Assembly: GCA_965227405.1 (NCBI GenBank)
Contig: OZ245758.1
Coordinates: forward strand, 1,513,693-1,577,692
Reading direction: 5' to 3'
Length of the DNA: 64,000 nt
Origin: Polyangiales bacterium
Lineage (GTDB): Bacteria > Myxococcota_A > Polyangia > Polyangiales > Houyiibacteriaceae
Positions 37,810 to 46,480 of this stretch are shown in pieces. The notes under the pieces were generated by a model. That model had not been told where the DNA came from and ran no database searches. It saw nothing but the letters and a program-made list of their open reading frames with translations. Every line of letters begins with the position of its first letter. Position 1 is the first letter of the stretch. The position numbers and the translations under genes were made by a program.

Positions 37810-38447
37810 GCAAGCGTGAACTCACGCGTGCGCAACGTGCGTTCCTCGCGTTGTACAACCCGTTCTTCGAGAAGATGCTCGGGTGGCGGCAAGACGCCAT
37901 CAACGAAGAGTTTGTTCGAACGTACGGTGTCGGCGAGCTCTTGAAGTACGGCAAGACCATGGGCGACACACTTTCGTTCCTGGCAGAGCGCTACGGCGAA
38001 AGCGAAGCTCAACACATTGCGGGTTTCTCCGGCATGATGAACGGCTGCCGTTTTTGCGGGGTGGGTCACAACCTCACGGCGAACGTGATGATCTTCCAAC
38101 GCACCGGCGAGCTCTTTCCCATCGATGAGCTGGAGATCCCCGAACTGCAGAAAAAGACCGACACCAACATCATGCGCCTGTTTCAGGATCGGTTGAGCGG
38201 CACGCGTTGGGCAGACCTGCTGCGCCACCTCGAGCGCATGAATCAACTTCGAATCGGCGCCTCGCGCACCGACTCCGACGACGACCTCTATTTAGGTACC
38301 GCGCTCGATCTCTGGATCTGGAACAACGAGTGCACGATCGAAGTCGGGCTGGATATCGATGCGACTGACGTACCTTCGTTTGCGACGTTCAATCGCAATC
38401 GGCCCCTGTACGATCGCTACCGAAGCGCTCGTGCCAACGCGGGTTAG
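37806..38447 (+). CDS. AhpD-like carboxymuconolactone-decarboxylase family protein (putative)
   Basis: 'GCRFCGVGH' is a CxxCxxxH motif as in AhpD. ATGA overlap with the upstream STAS-like gene. Lower GC than the flanks. Confidence 0.4.
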   Translation: MSKRELTRAQRAFLALYNPFFEKMLGWRQDAINEEFVRTYGVGELLKYGKTMGDTLSFLAERYGESEAQHIAGFSGMMNGCRFCGVGHNLTANVMIFQRTGELFPIDELEIPELQKKTDTNIMRLFQDRLSGTRWADLLRHLERMNQLRIGASRTDSDDDLYLGTALDLWIWNNECTIEVGLDIDATDVPSFATFNRNRPLYDRYRSARANAG

Positions 38448-39274
38448 TCGACGCGAACGCCGGTGGCGAGAGCGTGGTTCCGGGCTCGCACGTCGCCACG
38501 TTCTTCAGCGATGGCCGCGTACTCGGTGGACGAGCGCGCCTCTTGGCCGGAGAGGAAGGACATGTAGGCCTGAGCTTCGTCGGCGTGACCACCTCCGGAA
38601 CGCCGGTAGAGTTCCAGTCCATCGAGACGTCGTCCGATGGGCGCGGTCTCCGCGTGAAGACCCAGCCAGCCCCAGTACGCCTGCGCCTCGACCTCGCTAA
38701 AGCCCTCGGTGAGTTCGCGCCGATGGATTCCGTTCCAGCGCCCCTTGTAGAGCGTGCGGACGACAAACTCCGGAGCCACAAGCTCGCCATCTTGCATCGC
38801 CCCGTAGCGCTCCAACATCTCGCGGAACGTACCCAACACTTCGGTTTCTTCGTCGTTGGAAAGCTCTCCTGCGAGCGCCGGCTCGAGCTTCTGCATCGCG
38901 GCGCTGCGCAACGCGTCGATCTCGTCGTCGCTCAACGTCGCAATGGCCTCGCGAATGGCTCGCTCCCGTGCGGCAAATGCATCCCGCGACTCACCTTCGG
39001 TGACCTCGACCCGTCCCTGTTCGGCGTGCAGCTCCAAGAGCCGTTCCGCTTGCTCACCCGTCGGAGCCTGAACATTCGACTCCGCATCCAGAACCGCAGC
39101 GACCTGACCACGGTCCAGCATCAGGCCTGGGCCTTCGCGCGGAATCACCGCTTGTGGAATGGCAAGCAGGACAGCGGCGCAACCCGCAGCCGTGGTGCCC
39201 AGGATCAGACGCGCTCCCGACGCGGTCAGTCGTCGCTCGGGCTTTGCATCAGAGTTGACTTCAGGCTCGCCCAA
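38444..39274 (-). CDS. Hypothetical membrane-anchored protein
   Basis: N-terminal TM 'LILGTTAAGCAAVLLAI' followed by an acidic helical domain. No recognisable motif. Confidence 0.45.
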   Translation of the reverse strand: MGEPEVNSDAKPERRLTASGARLILGTTAAGCAAVLLAIPQAVIPREGPGLMLDRGQVAAVLDAESNVQAPTGEQAERLLELHAEQGRVEVTEGESRDAFAARERAIREAIATLSDDEIDALRSAAMQKLEPALAGELSNDEETEVLGTFREMLERYGAMQDGELVAPEFVVRTLYKGRWNGIHRRELTEGFSEVEAQAYWGWLGLHAETAPIGRRLDGLELYRRSGGGHADEAQAYMSFLSGQEARSSTEYAAIAEERGDVRARNHALATGVRVD

Positions 39275-39293
39275 GCGCTACTCCTCTTCTTCC

Positions 39294-39620
39294 GTGACTG
39301 GTCGCCGCGTACACGAACGGTACGACTGTAATCTCGACGTCACCGTCGCCATCGACGGACTGGATGTCGTTGCGACGGCGACGAACGTCAGCCTTGGCGG
39401 CATCTTCGTCAGCACCGAGATGGAAGTCGCATACGGCACGCAAGGAAAACTAACGTTCCGCGTTCCTGCGCTCAAGGAAGATGCAGTGGTCGACGTGACC
39501 GTGCGCTGGGTCAAGCCGGGCGGACTGGGCCTTCAGTTCGGCAGCTTGCGAGCGATCGAAGTCTGGGCGTTGAACCAGTACTTCAAGACGCTCACGCCCA
39601 GCCCGCTTCCCGAGTCGTAG
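39294..39620 (+). CDS. PilZ-domain protein (c-di-GMP receptor)
   Basis: 'RRVHERY' (RxxxR) and 'DVSLGGIFV' (DxSxxG) PilZ motifs. GTG start. 108 aa. Confidence 0.6.
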   Translation: MTGRRVHERYDCNLDVTVAIDGLDVVATATNVSLGGIFVSTEMEVAYGTQGKLTFRVPALKEDAVVDVTVRWVKPGGLGLQFGSLRAIEVWALNQYFKTLTPSPLPES

Positions 39621-39623
39621 TTC

Positions 39624-41906
39624 TCAGTCTTTCGAAGCGCGACGCTTCTCGAGTCGCACTGCACGCGCCACCGTCAACGTGGTCATGTGCACGATGCTCG
39701 ACACGCTGGTGTTCTGCTGCAGCACGTTCACCGGCTGACGCGTCCCCAACACCATCGGCCCGATGATCTCACTGCCCATCGCCCCGAGCAGCTTGTAGGC
39801 AATGTTGCCCGCGGCGAGATTTGGAAAGATCAGAATATTGGCAGGATCGCTCAACGTCGTGAACGGATATGCCGCGCGCAGACTGGTATCCAGCGCGACA
39901 TCGGCCTGCATTTCACCATCGACTTTGAGATCCGGCCGACGCTCTTTGATCAGGCGTGTTGCCTTCGACACGCGACGCGCAATCGGGTGATCGGCATCGC
40001 CGAAGTTGGAGAACGAGAGCATCGCGATGCGCGGTTCGATCCCCAGGTCCTGCACCATGTCAGCGACGAGAACCGCGGTTTCAGCCAGGGTCTCAGCGTC
40101 GGGCTCGATGTTGATCGTGGTGTCGGCGAAGAACTTCACGCCGTCCTTCGCCACGACCATATAGCAACCACACGCACGCCGAACCCCATCCGCGACACCG
40201 ATCACCTGAAGCGCTGGACGAATGGTCTCCGGATACGGTGAGGTCAGTCCGCTCACCACTCCGTCGATGTCGCCTTGGCGCAGCATCATCATCGCGTAGT
40301 AGGTGCGGCTTCGGTTCATTCGATCGAACGCTCGCTTACGCGTCACACCCTTGCGCTGCCTCAGCTGCCAAAACGCCTCCGCGTACTCGTCGAGCTTGGG
40401 AAGGTTCTCGCGGTCGAGCAGTTCGACGCCTTTCAAGTCCACTCCGAGCGCCGACGCGCGTTCACGAATGTAGTCCGGACGACCAATCAACACTGGCTTG
40501 GCGATGCCTTCGTTTTCGATGATGTCCGCCGCGCGAAGGATCGTGTCTTCCTCACCCTCGGGAAAGACCACGCGACGCGGATCCCGCCGTGCCGCTTTGG
40601 TCACCTGCCACATCACGCGACGTGCGGGATCGAGCTTTCGCTCCAACTCCGACCGGTATGTCTCAATGTCCAAGGGGCGCTCTGCGACGCCACTCTTCAT
40701 CGCTGCTTCCGCCACTGCCGGTGCCAAACGCGCCAAGGAGCGCGAGTCCATCGGCTTTGGAATCACGTACTCCGGACCGTACTTGATCGGCTTTCCACCG
40801 TAGGCGAGCAACACGTCGTCGGTGACGCCCTCTTTCGCCAGCTCTGCCAGTGCGCGCACAGCTGCGAGCTTCATCTCGGTGTTGATGTGCGTCGCTCCAA
40901 CGTCGAGTGCGCCGCGGAAGATGTACGGGAACCCCAACACGTTGTTGACCTGGTTCGGGTAGTCGCTGCGACCCGTACCCACGATGGCATCCGGTCGCGC
41001 AGCACGCGCGACGTCGTACGGAATCTCGGGGTCGGGGTTGGCGAGCGCAAAGATGATTGGTTTCTCCGCCATCCGCTTGACCATGTCCGCGGACACGATG
41101 CCGCCCGCCGCGAGTCCGAGCATGACGTCGGCGCCTTCGAGCGCATCAGCAATCGTTTGTCTTGGATCATCGGCAGGCCGAGCAAACTGAGCTCGGTACG
41201 GATCGAGATCTTTGTCGTTCTCGTGCACTACCCCCTGTCGAGCAACGAGGGTGATGTTTTCTTTTTTTACGCCGAGCTCTGTCCAGAGCCACATGCACCC
41301 GATCGCTGCCGCGCCGGCACCAATGCAAGTCACCTTGAGCGTCGTGAGGTCTTTGTCGAGCAACTCACACGCGTTGAGAATCGCTGCCGCACTAATGATG
41401 GCGGTTCCGTGCTGGTCGTCATGAAAGACCGGAATCTTCATGCGCTCTTCGAGAGCACGCTCGATGGCGAAACACTCCGGCGCCTTGATGTCCTCGAGGT
41501 TGATGCCACCAAACGTCGGTTCAAGGGCAGCAACAACCTCAATGAAGCGATCCGGATCCGATGCGTCTACTTCAATATCGAACACGTCGATATCCGCGTA
41601 TTTCTTGAAGAGGACCGCCTTGCCCTCCATCACCGGCTTGGATGCCAGCGGGCCAATATTGCCGAGCCCAAGGACCGCGGTGCCGTTGCTGATGACCGCG
41701 ACAAGGTTGCGACGGGCGGTATAGAGATCGACGGCCGAGGGGTCCTTGGCGATGACGCGACAGGGTTCGGCTACGCCCGGCGAATACGCGAGCGAAAGAT
41801 CGCGCTGTGTGCTCACCGGTTTTGTGGGAACGACCTCGACTTTTCCAGGGCGACCCTCGGCGTGATACGCCAGCGCTTCTTCCTTGCGAACCATGGGCGC
41901 GAGCAT
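39624..41906 (-). CDS. maeB: NADP-dependent malic enzyme (malic enzyme domain fused to a phosphotransacetylase-like domain)
   Basis: '[21 protein letters not shown]...[12 protein letters not shown]' N-terminus, 'GAGAAAIGC' NAD(P) site and the C-terminal PTA-like half. 760 aa is diagnostic of MaeB. Confidence 0.9.
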   Translation of the reverse strand: MLAPMVRKEEALAYHAEGRPGKVEVVPTKPVSTQRDLSLAYSPGVAEPCRVIAKDPSAVDLYTARRNLVAVISNGTAVLGLGNIGPLASKPVMEGKAVLFKKYADIDVFDIEVDASDPDRFIEVVAALEPTFGGINLEDIKAPECFAIERALEERMKIPVFHDDQHGTAIISAAAILNACELLDKDLTTLKVTCIGAGAAAIGCMWLWTELGVKKENITLVARQGVVHENDKDLDPYRAQFARPADDPRQTIADALEGADVMLGLAAGGIVSADMVKRMAEKPIIFALANPDPEIPYDVARAARPDAIVGTGRSDYPNQVNNVLGFPYIFRGALDVGATHINTEMKLAAVRALAELAKEGVTDDVLLAYGGKPIKYGPEYVIPKPMDSRSLARLAPAVAEAAMKSGVAERPLDIETYRSELERKLDPARRVMWQVTKAARRDPRRVVFPEGEEDTILRAADIIENEGIAKPVLIGRPDYIRERASALGVDLKGVELLDRENLPKLDEYAEAFWQLRQRKGVTRKRAFDRMNRSRTYYAMMMLRQGDIDGVVSGLTSPYPETIRPALQVIGVADGVRRACGCYMVVAKDGVKFFADTTINIEPDAETLAETAVLVADMVQDLGIEPRIAMLSFSNFGDADHPIARRVSKATRLIKERRPDLKVDGEMQADVALDTSLRAAYPFTTLSDPANILIFPNLAAGNIAYKLLGAMGSEIIGPMVLGTRQPVNVLQQNTSVSSIVHMTTLTVARAVRLEKRRASKD

Positions 41907-41980
41907 ACGCGCGGCGCCTGGACAGATATAGGGCCATGTCCTAGGTTGTTGCCGATGGTGGGAACGAGGATGACGGACTT

Positions 41981-42781
41981 GTGAAAGTCGATCTCCGGAA
42001 GACGCTCTTCATCCTCCCGAACCTGTTCACGCTTTCGAGTGTGCTGTGCGGGTTCTACGCCATTCTTACGTGCGCGAGTCCCCAAGCCACGGACGATGAT
42101 TTCTACCGCGCGTCGCTACTGATCATCTTCGCGATGTTCTTCGACACCATCGATGGACGCGTCGCACGACTGACCAAGACGCAGAGTGCGATCGGCGTGC
42201 AGCTCGACTCGTTGGCCGACGTCATCAGCTTTGGAGTTGCGCCCGCGGTGCTGGTGTTCCGTTGGTCGCTCGACGTGTTTGACACCGTGGGTGTCCTGGT
42301 GTCGTTCGCCTACATCGCGTGCGGAACGATTCGCTTGGCCCGTTTCAACGTGCTCACCATGGGTGAACAGGGCGCGCCCAAGAAGCCGGGCAAGTACATT
42401 GTCGGCCTGCCGATTCCGGCTGCAGCGGGCATTCTGATTTCGTTGGTCGTGGCCAATGTTGCTGCGCGAGAGACCGCGGCGCGTGACGTGTTGGGATCGC
42501 CGAAGCTGATTTTGGGCGTGGTTGCTGCGCTGAGCTTCTTCATGGTCAGCACCATTCGTTTTCGGTCGTTCAAGGACCTGAAGCTGAACTGGCGGACCGC
42601 CGCGTTCTTGGTGTTCGCGATTGGGTCGACCGTGTTTGTCGCGCGGCGCTACCACATCTCGTTTGCGTTGGTGTGGCTGCTGGCTTGTTACATCGTCATC
42701 GCGTTGGCGGAGATGTTGTTGAGCTTGGCGCGTCGGCGACGCACAAGGGATGACGACGAACCAGAGCCGGAGAGTCCGTAA
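41981..42781 (+). CDS. pssA: CDP-diacylglycerol--serine O-phosphatidyltransferase (CDP-alcohol phosphotransferase family)
   Basis: 'DTIDGRVARLTKTQSAIGVQLDSLADVISFGVAPA' is the D-G-x2-A-R-x8-G-x3-D-x3-D motif. Multi-TM protein. Confidence 0.8.
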   Translation: MKVDLRKTLFILPNLFTLSSVLCGFYAILTCASPQATDDDFYRASLLIIFAMFFDTIDGRVARLTKTQSAIGVQLDSLADVISFGVAPAVLVFRWSLDVFDTVGVLVSFAYIACGTIRLARFNVLTMGEQGAPKKPGKYIVGLPIPAAAGILISLVVANVAARETAARDVLGSPKLILGVVAALSFFMVSTIRFRSFKDLKLNWRTAAFLVFAIGSTVFVARRYHISFALVWLLACYIVIALAEMLLSLARRRRTRDDDEPEPESP

Positions 42782-42809
42782 GTTCCGGTGTAGTCATTCC
42801 GCTGGGAAT

Positions 42810-42860
42810 CATTCCGCTTCGCGGATCTGGAAGTTTGGAAGCTTAGGAGGACGGAAGCTC
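42810..42860. repeat. About 55-nt extragenic repeat, copy A (CATTCCGCTTCGCGGATCTGGAAGTTTGGAAGCTTAGGAGGACGGAAGCTC)
   Basis: About 85% identical to 57008-57060. Both copies sit immediately 3' of a plus-strand gene. Confidence 0.4.
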
Positions 42861-42990
42861 AACTCTTTGGCCGAGAAAAAATCGGCTTCTCTTCCCAGCT
42901 TTCCGTCTCTCAATCTTCCAGGATAAAAAACGAAATCGCGGCACATCCAAGTCCGCGAAGCTCTTCCGCGATTTGGGCGAATGATTTCAC

Positions 42991-43055
42991 CGGGAGGAGT
43001 CGAGTAGAGGAGTAAAAGAGTTCTCTCCTCTACTTCTCTACTCCACTCCTCCCGG
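42991..43055. other. Long imperfect hairpin (about 20-bp stem) in a 450-bp lower-GC intergenic region
   Basis: 'CGGGAGGAGTCGAGTAGAGGAG-taaaagagtt-CTCTCCTCTACTTCTCTACTCCACTCCTCCCGG'. Confidence 0.35.
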
Positions 43056-43094
43056 TAAAATTAATGCCCCCACACGTGCGCGAACTATTGCCAG

Positions 43095-43215
43095 CCGAAC
43101 AAGAGATGCGCATTGCGAAACTTAAACTGAATCTGAAATGAGTTGGCTCGCGTAGGAGACCGGAAAGGAATGTCCTCTGCAGGCTCCGAGGCTCACGTCT
43201 CCCACTAAAATTCAG
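43095..43215. repeat. Degenerate MITE-like copy 3 (3' arm 'TCTCCCACTAAAATTCAGACCC' and internal 'GAAACTTAAA' retained; 5' TIR lost)
   Basis: Partial matches to the TIR and internal sequence of the 30485-30696 element. Confidence 0.25.
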
Positions 43216-43235
43216 ACCCAGCTCTGCGCCTCGTG

Positions 43236-43751
43236 TCACACGTCGGGGTTGAATCGCGGACCCGTTCTATACGGAACCTCTAACGTCTCACTACGACACG
43301 TTCCCCCAATGCACATTCCGCTCGAACAGTCCGACGGTGCGCGCGCCTGAAAGCGCAAAAACACATCGCTGTTCGCCGGAATCTCCGCACCGAAAAACGG
43401 GTTCTCGATCGTTTGCTCGATCACTCCATCGCGCGCGGTGACATCACCGTCTTCGCCGTTATCGCGCACAGTCACCAGATCGATAATGCGCGGTTCCTCT
43501 TCGGTCCCCACACGCATCTCGATCGTCACTTCATGCGCCCGGTCCAACATGTCGCAACGCATCATCTGCACGCGCACATCGACCATCTGCTCGGGGTCTT
43601 CGATGGTGACCATCTCGGTCACGCTCGCGCTCTCCAGAATCGACAGCTCGTAGGGCAGGCAGTTCGTCACCGCTTTACCGTTGCAGCTCCGCTCAAACGG
43701 CTCCGACGACCCACACGCGGCAAGACAAACAAGGACAACAAGAGCTCTCAC
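43236..43751 (-). CDS. Lipoprotein, hypothetical
   Basis: GTG start 'VRALVVLVCLAACGSS' after a GGAGG Shine-Dalgarno. The GTG overlaps the GT39 stop as GTGA. Cys-containing mature part. Confidence 0.55.
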   Translation of the reverse strand: MRALVVLVCLAACGSSEPFERSCNGKAVTNCLPYELSILESASVTEMVTIEDPEQMVDVRVQMMRCDMLDRAHEVTIEMRVGTEEEPRIIDLVTVRDNGEDGDVTARDGVIEQTIENPFFGAEIPANSDVFLRFQARAPSDCSSGMCIGGTCRSETLEVPYRTGPRFNPDV

Positions 43752-45490
43752 GGTCGCCTCCGAGAAGGGTTTTCGTACACGGTCACGATCGGCACTCCAT
43801 CGTAGGTCAACACGTGCACCGGTTGAGGCGTGCCGTACCGAACCCACGCTTGGTACTCGACTTCGGCAAAGTGATGTTCGTGGTGAACCATAATGAAATC
43901 CGCACGCGCCATATCCAACGTGCCACGGATGTTCGCCGGAATCAGCCCATCACGCCGGAACATGTCCCACGCACCCGTTGTGGTGTCGCACAGAAACACA
44001 GTTCCACCCTCGGGCATTTGTTCGCTGAAGAACTCGGTCAGGCTTCCGGTGGTGAATCCCCAGAACTGCCGGTTCATGCCGTAGTCGGCGGAACCCGGAA
44101 CCCCGCCTGCGGCATAGGTGTAGTGCGAGAGCCCGAAGGGATGGCTGTGAACGGTTTCGATCGCCGAAGGAGCCAGCGCGACTGCACACGCCACACCCAC
44201 GGCCGTGTAGCGTGCTTTGGGCAGCTTCCGACCCACACGGCCATGACGAAAGAGCCTCGACACCAAATAGAAACCAAGGCCAGCGTAGAGCGCCAAGAAG
44301 GGATACGAGGTGATCCAGTGTTTGGTTGCGCCGAAGATCGGCGAACTGGGCAAAGCGATCATCAGGATCGGTGCGAGCAAGCAACCGACCAGCAGCACGT
44401 CGGTGCGCATCGGATCGGGACGCGCGTTCCTCTTCGTGACCTTCCAAATGCGATCGACCAAACGCTGCGGCAGCATGGCGCGGAACCGTTCGCGGAGTCC
44501 GAGCCCTGCCAACACCAACGTGGCGAGCGGCACGGTAAAGAGCGTCATTACGAAGGGATACGAGACCGGAAACGGTGGCTCGAAGTAGGTGAACCCGAAG
44601 TACGCGATGTCGTAGTAGACGTGCGAAACGTGGAACCGCGCGTACCAACCAAATCGCGCGAGAGCATCGGCGGACCACATCCATGGCCAGGTCGCGATGA
44701 AGATGACGGGACCAATCCAGCACATCCAAAGCAGCCACCACGGGCCCGCTTGAATCCGGTTCAGCACAAAGCGTTCGTCGCCATTCAGCTCTTCGTCCTC
44801 GGCGTCGCGCGCTTTCTGCTCTTGGCGCAACGCGGATTTCATCCACACAAAGTGGATCAGGAAGATGCCCGGCAAAACCCAGCTGTTGTGCTTGGTGGCA
44901 AGCGCGAGTCCGAACGCGATACCTGTCCATACCGCCCAGAGGCGGCTGCTTAGTGAGCGCCAATAGCAGTAGACCACCCACGTACACGCCAGCGTGATCG
45001 GGATGTCAAAGCAATCGAGATGCGCGTGATAGAACGCGCGCGGCATCAGGGCGTACGCCGCGGCTGCAAACGCTCCTGCCTGTCGACTAAAGACCCGCGC
45101 ACCAAAGATGTAGAGCAGCCAAAGCAGCAGACCCGCACTGACCATCCCCGGGAACCGGAAGGCCATCGAGTCCGATGAGAAGAGGTCGTACTTCTGATGC
45201 GCGAGCCACGAGAGTGCGAACAGGCTCTTCGCGAGTCCAGGGTGCTCGTGGTTGTAGTCCCACGCGCGATCCCGAACCTCCGGATCCATGGCGCGGTCGG
45301 TGTCTTCGACGAAGAGCTCGAACCAACGCCCGTAGTCTTGGGCAGCCGTGACGTAGAAGCTCTCGTCGCGCGACATACCGATGTCGCCTGCCGTGGCCAT
45401 CAGGAGCGCCACGTAGAGCACGCACAAGAAGAACCCGAGCAGATGGTCCCGCCAGCCCACCGGCGGTGTGCGAACCACTTTGACCGTCAT
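43748..45490 (-). CDS. Glycosyltransferase family 39 (PMT/ArnT-like) integral membrane protein
   Basis: About 12 TM helices. N-terminal loop 'GMSRDESFYVTAAQDY' (the DE motif of the GT-C fold). 'ATKHNSWVLP'. Large C-terminal soluble domain. 580 aa. Confidence 0.75.
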   Translation of the reverse strand: MTVKVVRTPPVGWRDHLLGFFLCVLYVALLMATAGDIGMSRDESFYVTAAQDYGRWFELFVEDTDRAMDPEVRDRAWDYNHEHPGLAKSLFALSWLAHQKYDLFSSDSMAFRFPGMVSAGLLLWLLYIFGARVFSRQAGAFAAAAYALMPRAFYHAHLDCFDIPITLACTWVVYCYWRSLSSRLWAVWTGIAFGLALATKHNSWVLPGIFLIHFVWMKSALRQEQKARDAEDEELNGDERFVLNRIQAGPWWLLWMCWIGPVIFIATWPWMWSADALARFGWYARFHVSHVYYDIAYFGFTYFEPPFPVSYPFVMTLFTVPLATLVLAGLGLRERFRAMLPQRLVDRIWKVTKRNARPDPMRTDVLLVGCLLAPILMIALPSSPIFGATKHWITSYPFLALYAGLGFYLVSRLFRHGRVGRKLPKARYTAVGVACAVALAPSAIETVHSHPFGLSHYTYAAGGVPGSADYGMNRQFWGFTTGSLTEFFSEQMPEGGTVFLCDTTTGAWDMFRRDGLIPANIRGTLDMARADFIMVHHEHHFAEVEYQAWVRYGTPQPVHVLTYDGVPIVTVYENPSRRRP

Positions 45491-46431
45491 TCGCCGGCCT
45501 CGCGTGCAGGACCACGCGTGGTCGCCGCCCAGCAGAGTGTTCGGTAGTGCGGATCGGGCGCGTCGACTTCGACGCTGACGTCACCGTGGGTCGCGCCAGA
45601 GTTCACGGGATCCGGGTCGAGCTCCACTCGCTTCCATCCATCGCCATCGCGATGGACCAATCGCCCAACCTCAACCCCGTCGACGCTGATGCGCGCTGTG
45701 ACAGGGCCTCGGATGCCCTCGCGTTCGTGCTGGTAGTAGAGCCCGGCGTAAAACACGAGACGCTCGCCCAGCGGGACATTGCGAAAGGTCGAGCGAACCA
45801 CGTCGCCAGGCGGCGGATGCTGCCAGATACAACGACGGGCTTGGAGGTGCAGATCCTCGGTGACCGTCTCCCCGACGAAGATCCACGGCTCGGGACCGCA
45901 CTGGTGGCGTTCTCGCGGCCACAAAGGCCCGCGCCACAGACCACCTTGGTTCGACGCTCCAGAGCGCCACGCGCAGGGACGGTCCCCACGTTGGACCCGT
46001 GCTTCGCGAACGTGGTCTACGAAATCGTAAAGGACTGGGCTTGGACCCAAGTCGAAACGGCGGACCCGCACTCGACCAAAACCCGTTTCGAATGCTGGAG
46101 CGAGGTCCTGCTCCGTGCGGTGACCGCGGATGCTGACTTCCCACAATCGTTCGAAGGGTGCGAGATCGGCGCGGCCAGCCACCGCGGTGGGGATCATGTC
46201 GCCGAAGTGTAAGCGCAGCAGTGGGTCCGCCCAGTCCGGCGCCACGACGAACGCATCCTTCGGTTCGTGGTGCTCGCGAACGAACTCCGCGGCGGCTACC
46301 CAATCGTCTTCGGGCGCAACACGCGACTGCACGACGGCAAACCCCAACACCTCGACGAAGACAACCGCCGCGATGAGCCACCACGGCCATTCACGCCATG
46401 GGAGCGAGGGAACCTCGGAAGAATCAGCCAA
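45487..46431 (-). CDS. Hypothetical membrane-anchored protein
   Basis: N-terminal TM 'WWLIAAVVFVEVLGFAVV'. 4-nt overlap with the downstream GT39. Confidence 0.5.
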   Translation of the reverse strand: MADSSEVPSLPWREWPWWLIAAVVFVEVLGFAVVQSRVAPEDDWVAAAEFVREHHEPKDAFVVAPDWADPLLRLHFGDMIPTAVAGRADLAPFERLWEVSIRGHRTEQDLAPAFETGFGRVRVRRFDLGPSPVLYDFVDHVREARVQRGDRPCAWRSGASNQGGLWRGPLWPRERHQCGPEPWIFVGETVTEDLHLQARRCIWQHPPPGDVVRSTFRNVPLGERLVFYAGLYYQHEREGIRGPVTARISVDGVEVGRLVHRDGDGWKRVELDPDPVNSGATHGDVSVEVDAPDPHYRTLCWAATTRGPAREAGE

Positions 46432-46480
46432 GCCGGGGGATGTTAGAGCACATCACCCCGGGGAGTGCATCCTCCGTGAA

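Noticed and set aside
42782-43235. Checked the long structured intergenic region for tmRNA or RNase P RNA
   Set aside because: Neither the RNase P 'GGAAAGUCCGG' nor 'ACAGNRA' P4 elements were seen. No tmRNA tag reading frame (…ALAA-stop) or 3' CCA-acceptor-like end was seen. The region is left as unclassified repeats and a hairpin.
43030-43239. 69-aa minus-strand ORF inside the repeat-rich intergenic region
   Set aside because: Low-complexity, low-GC, no Shine-Dalgarno, and it overlaps repeat or MITE remnants. Likely non-coding.
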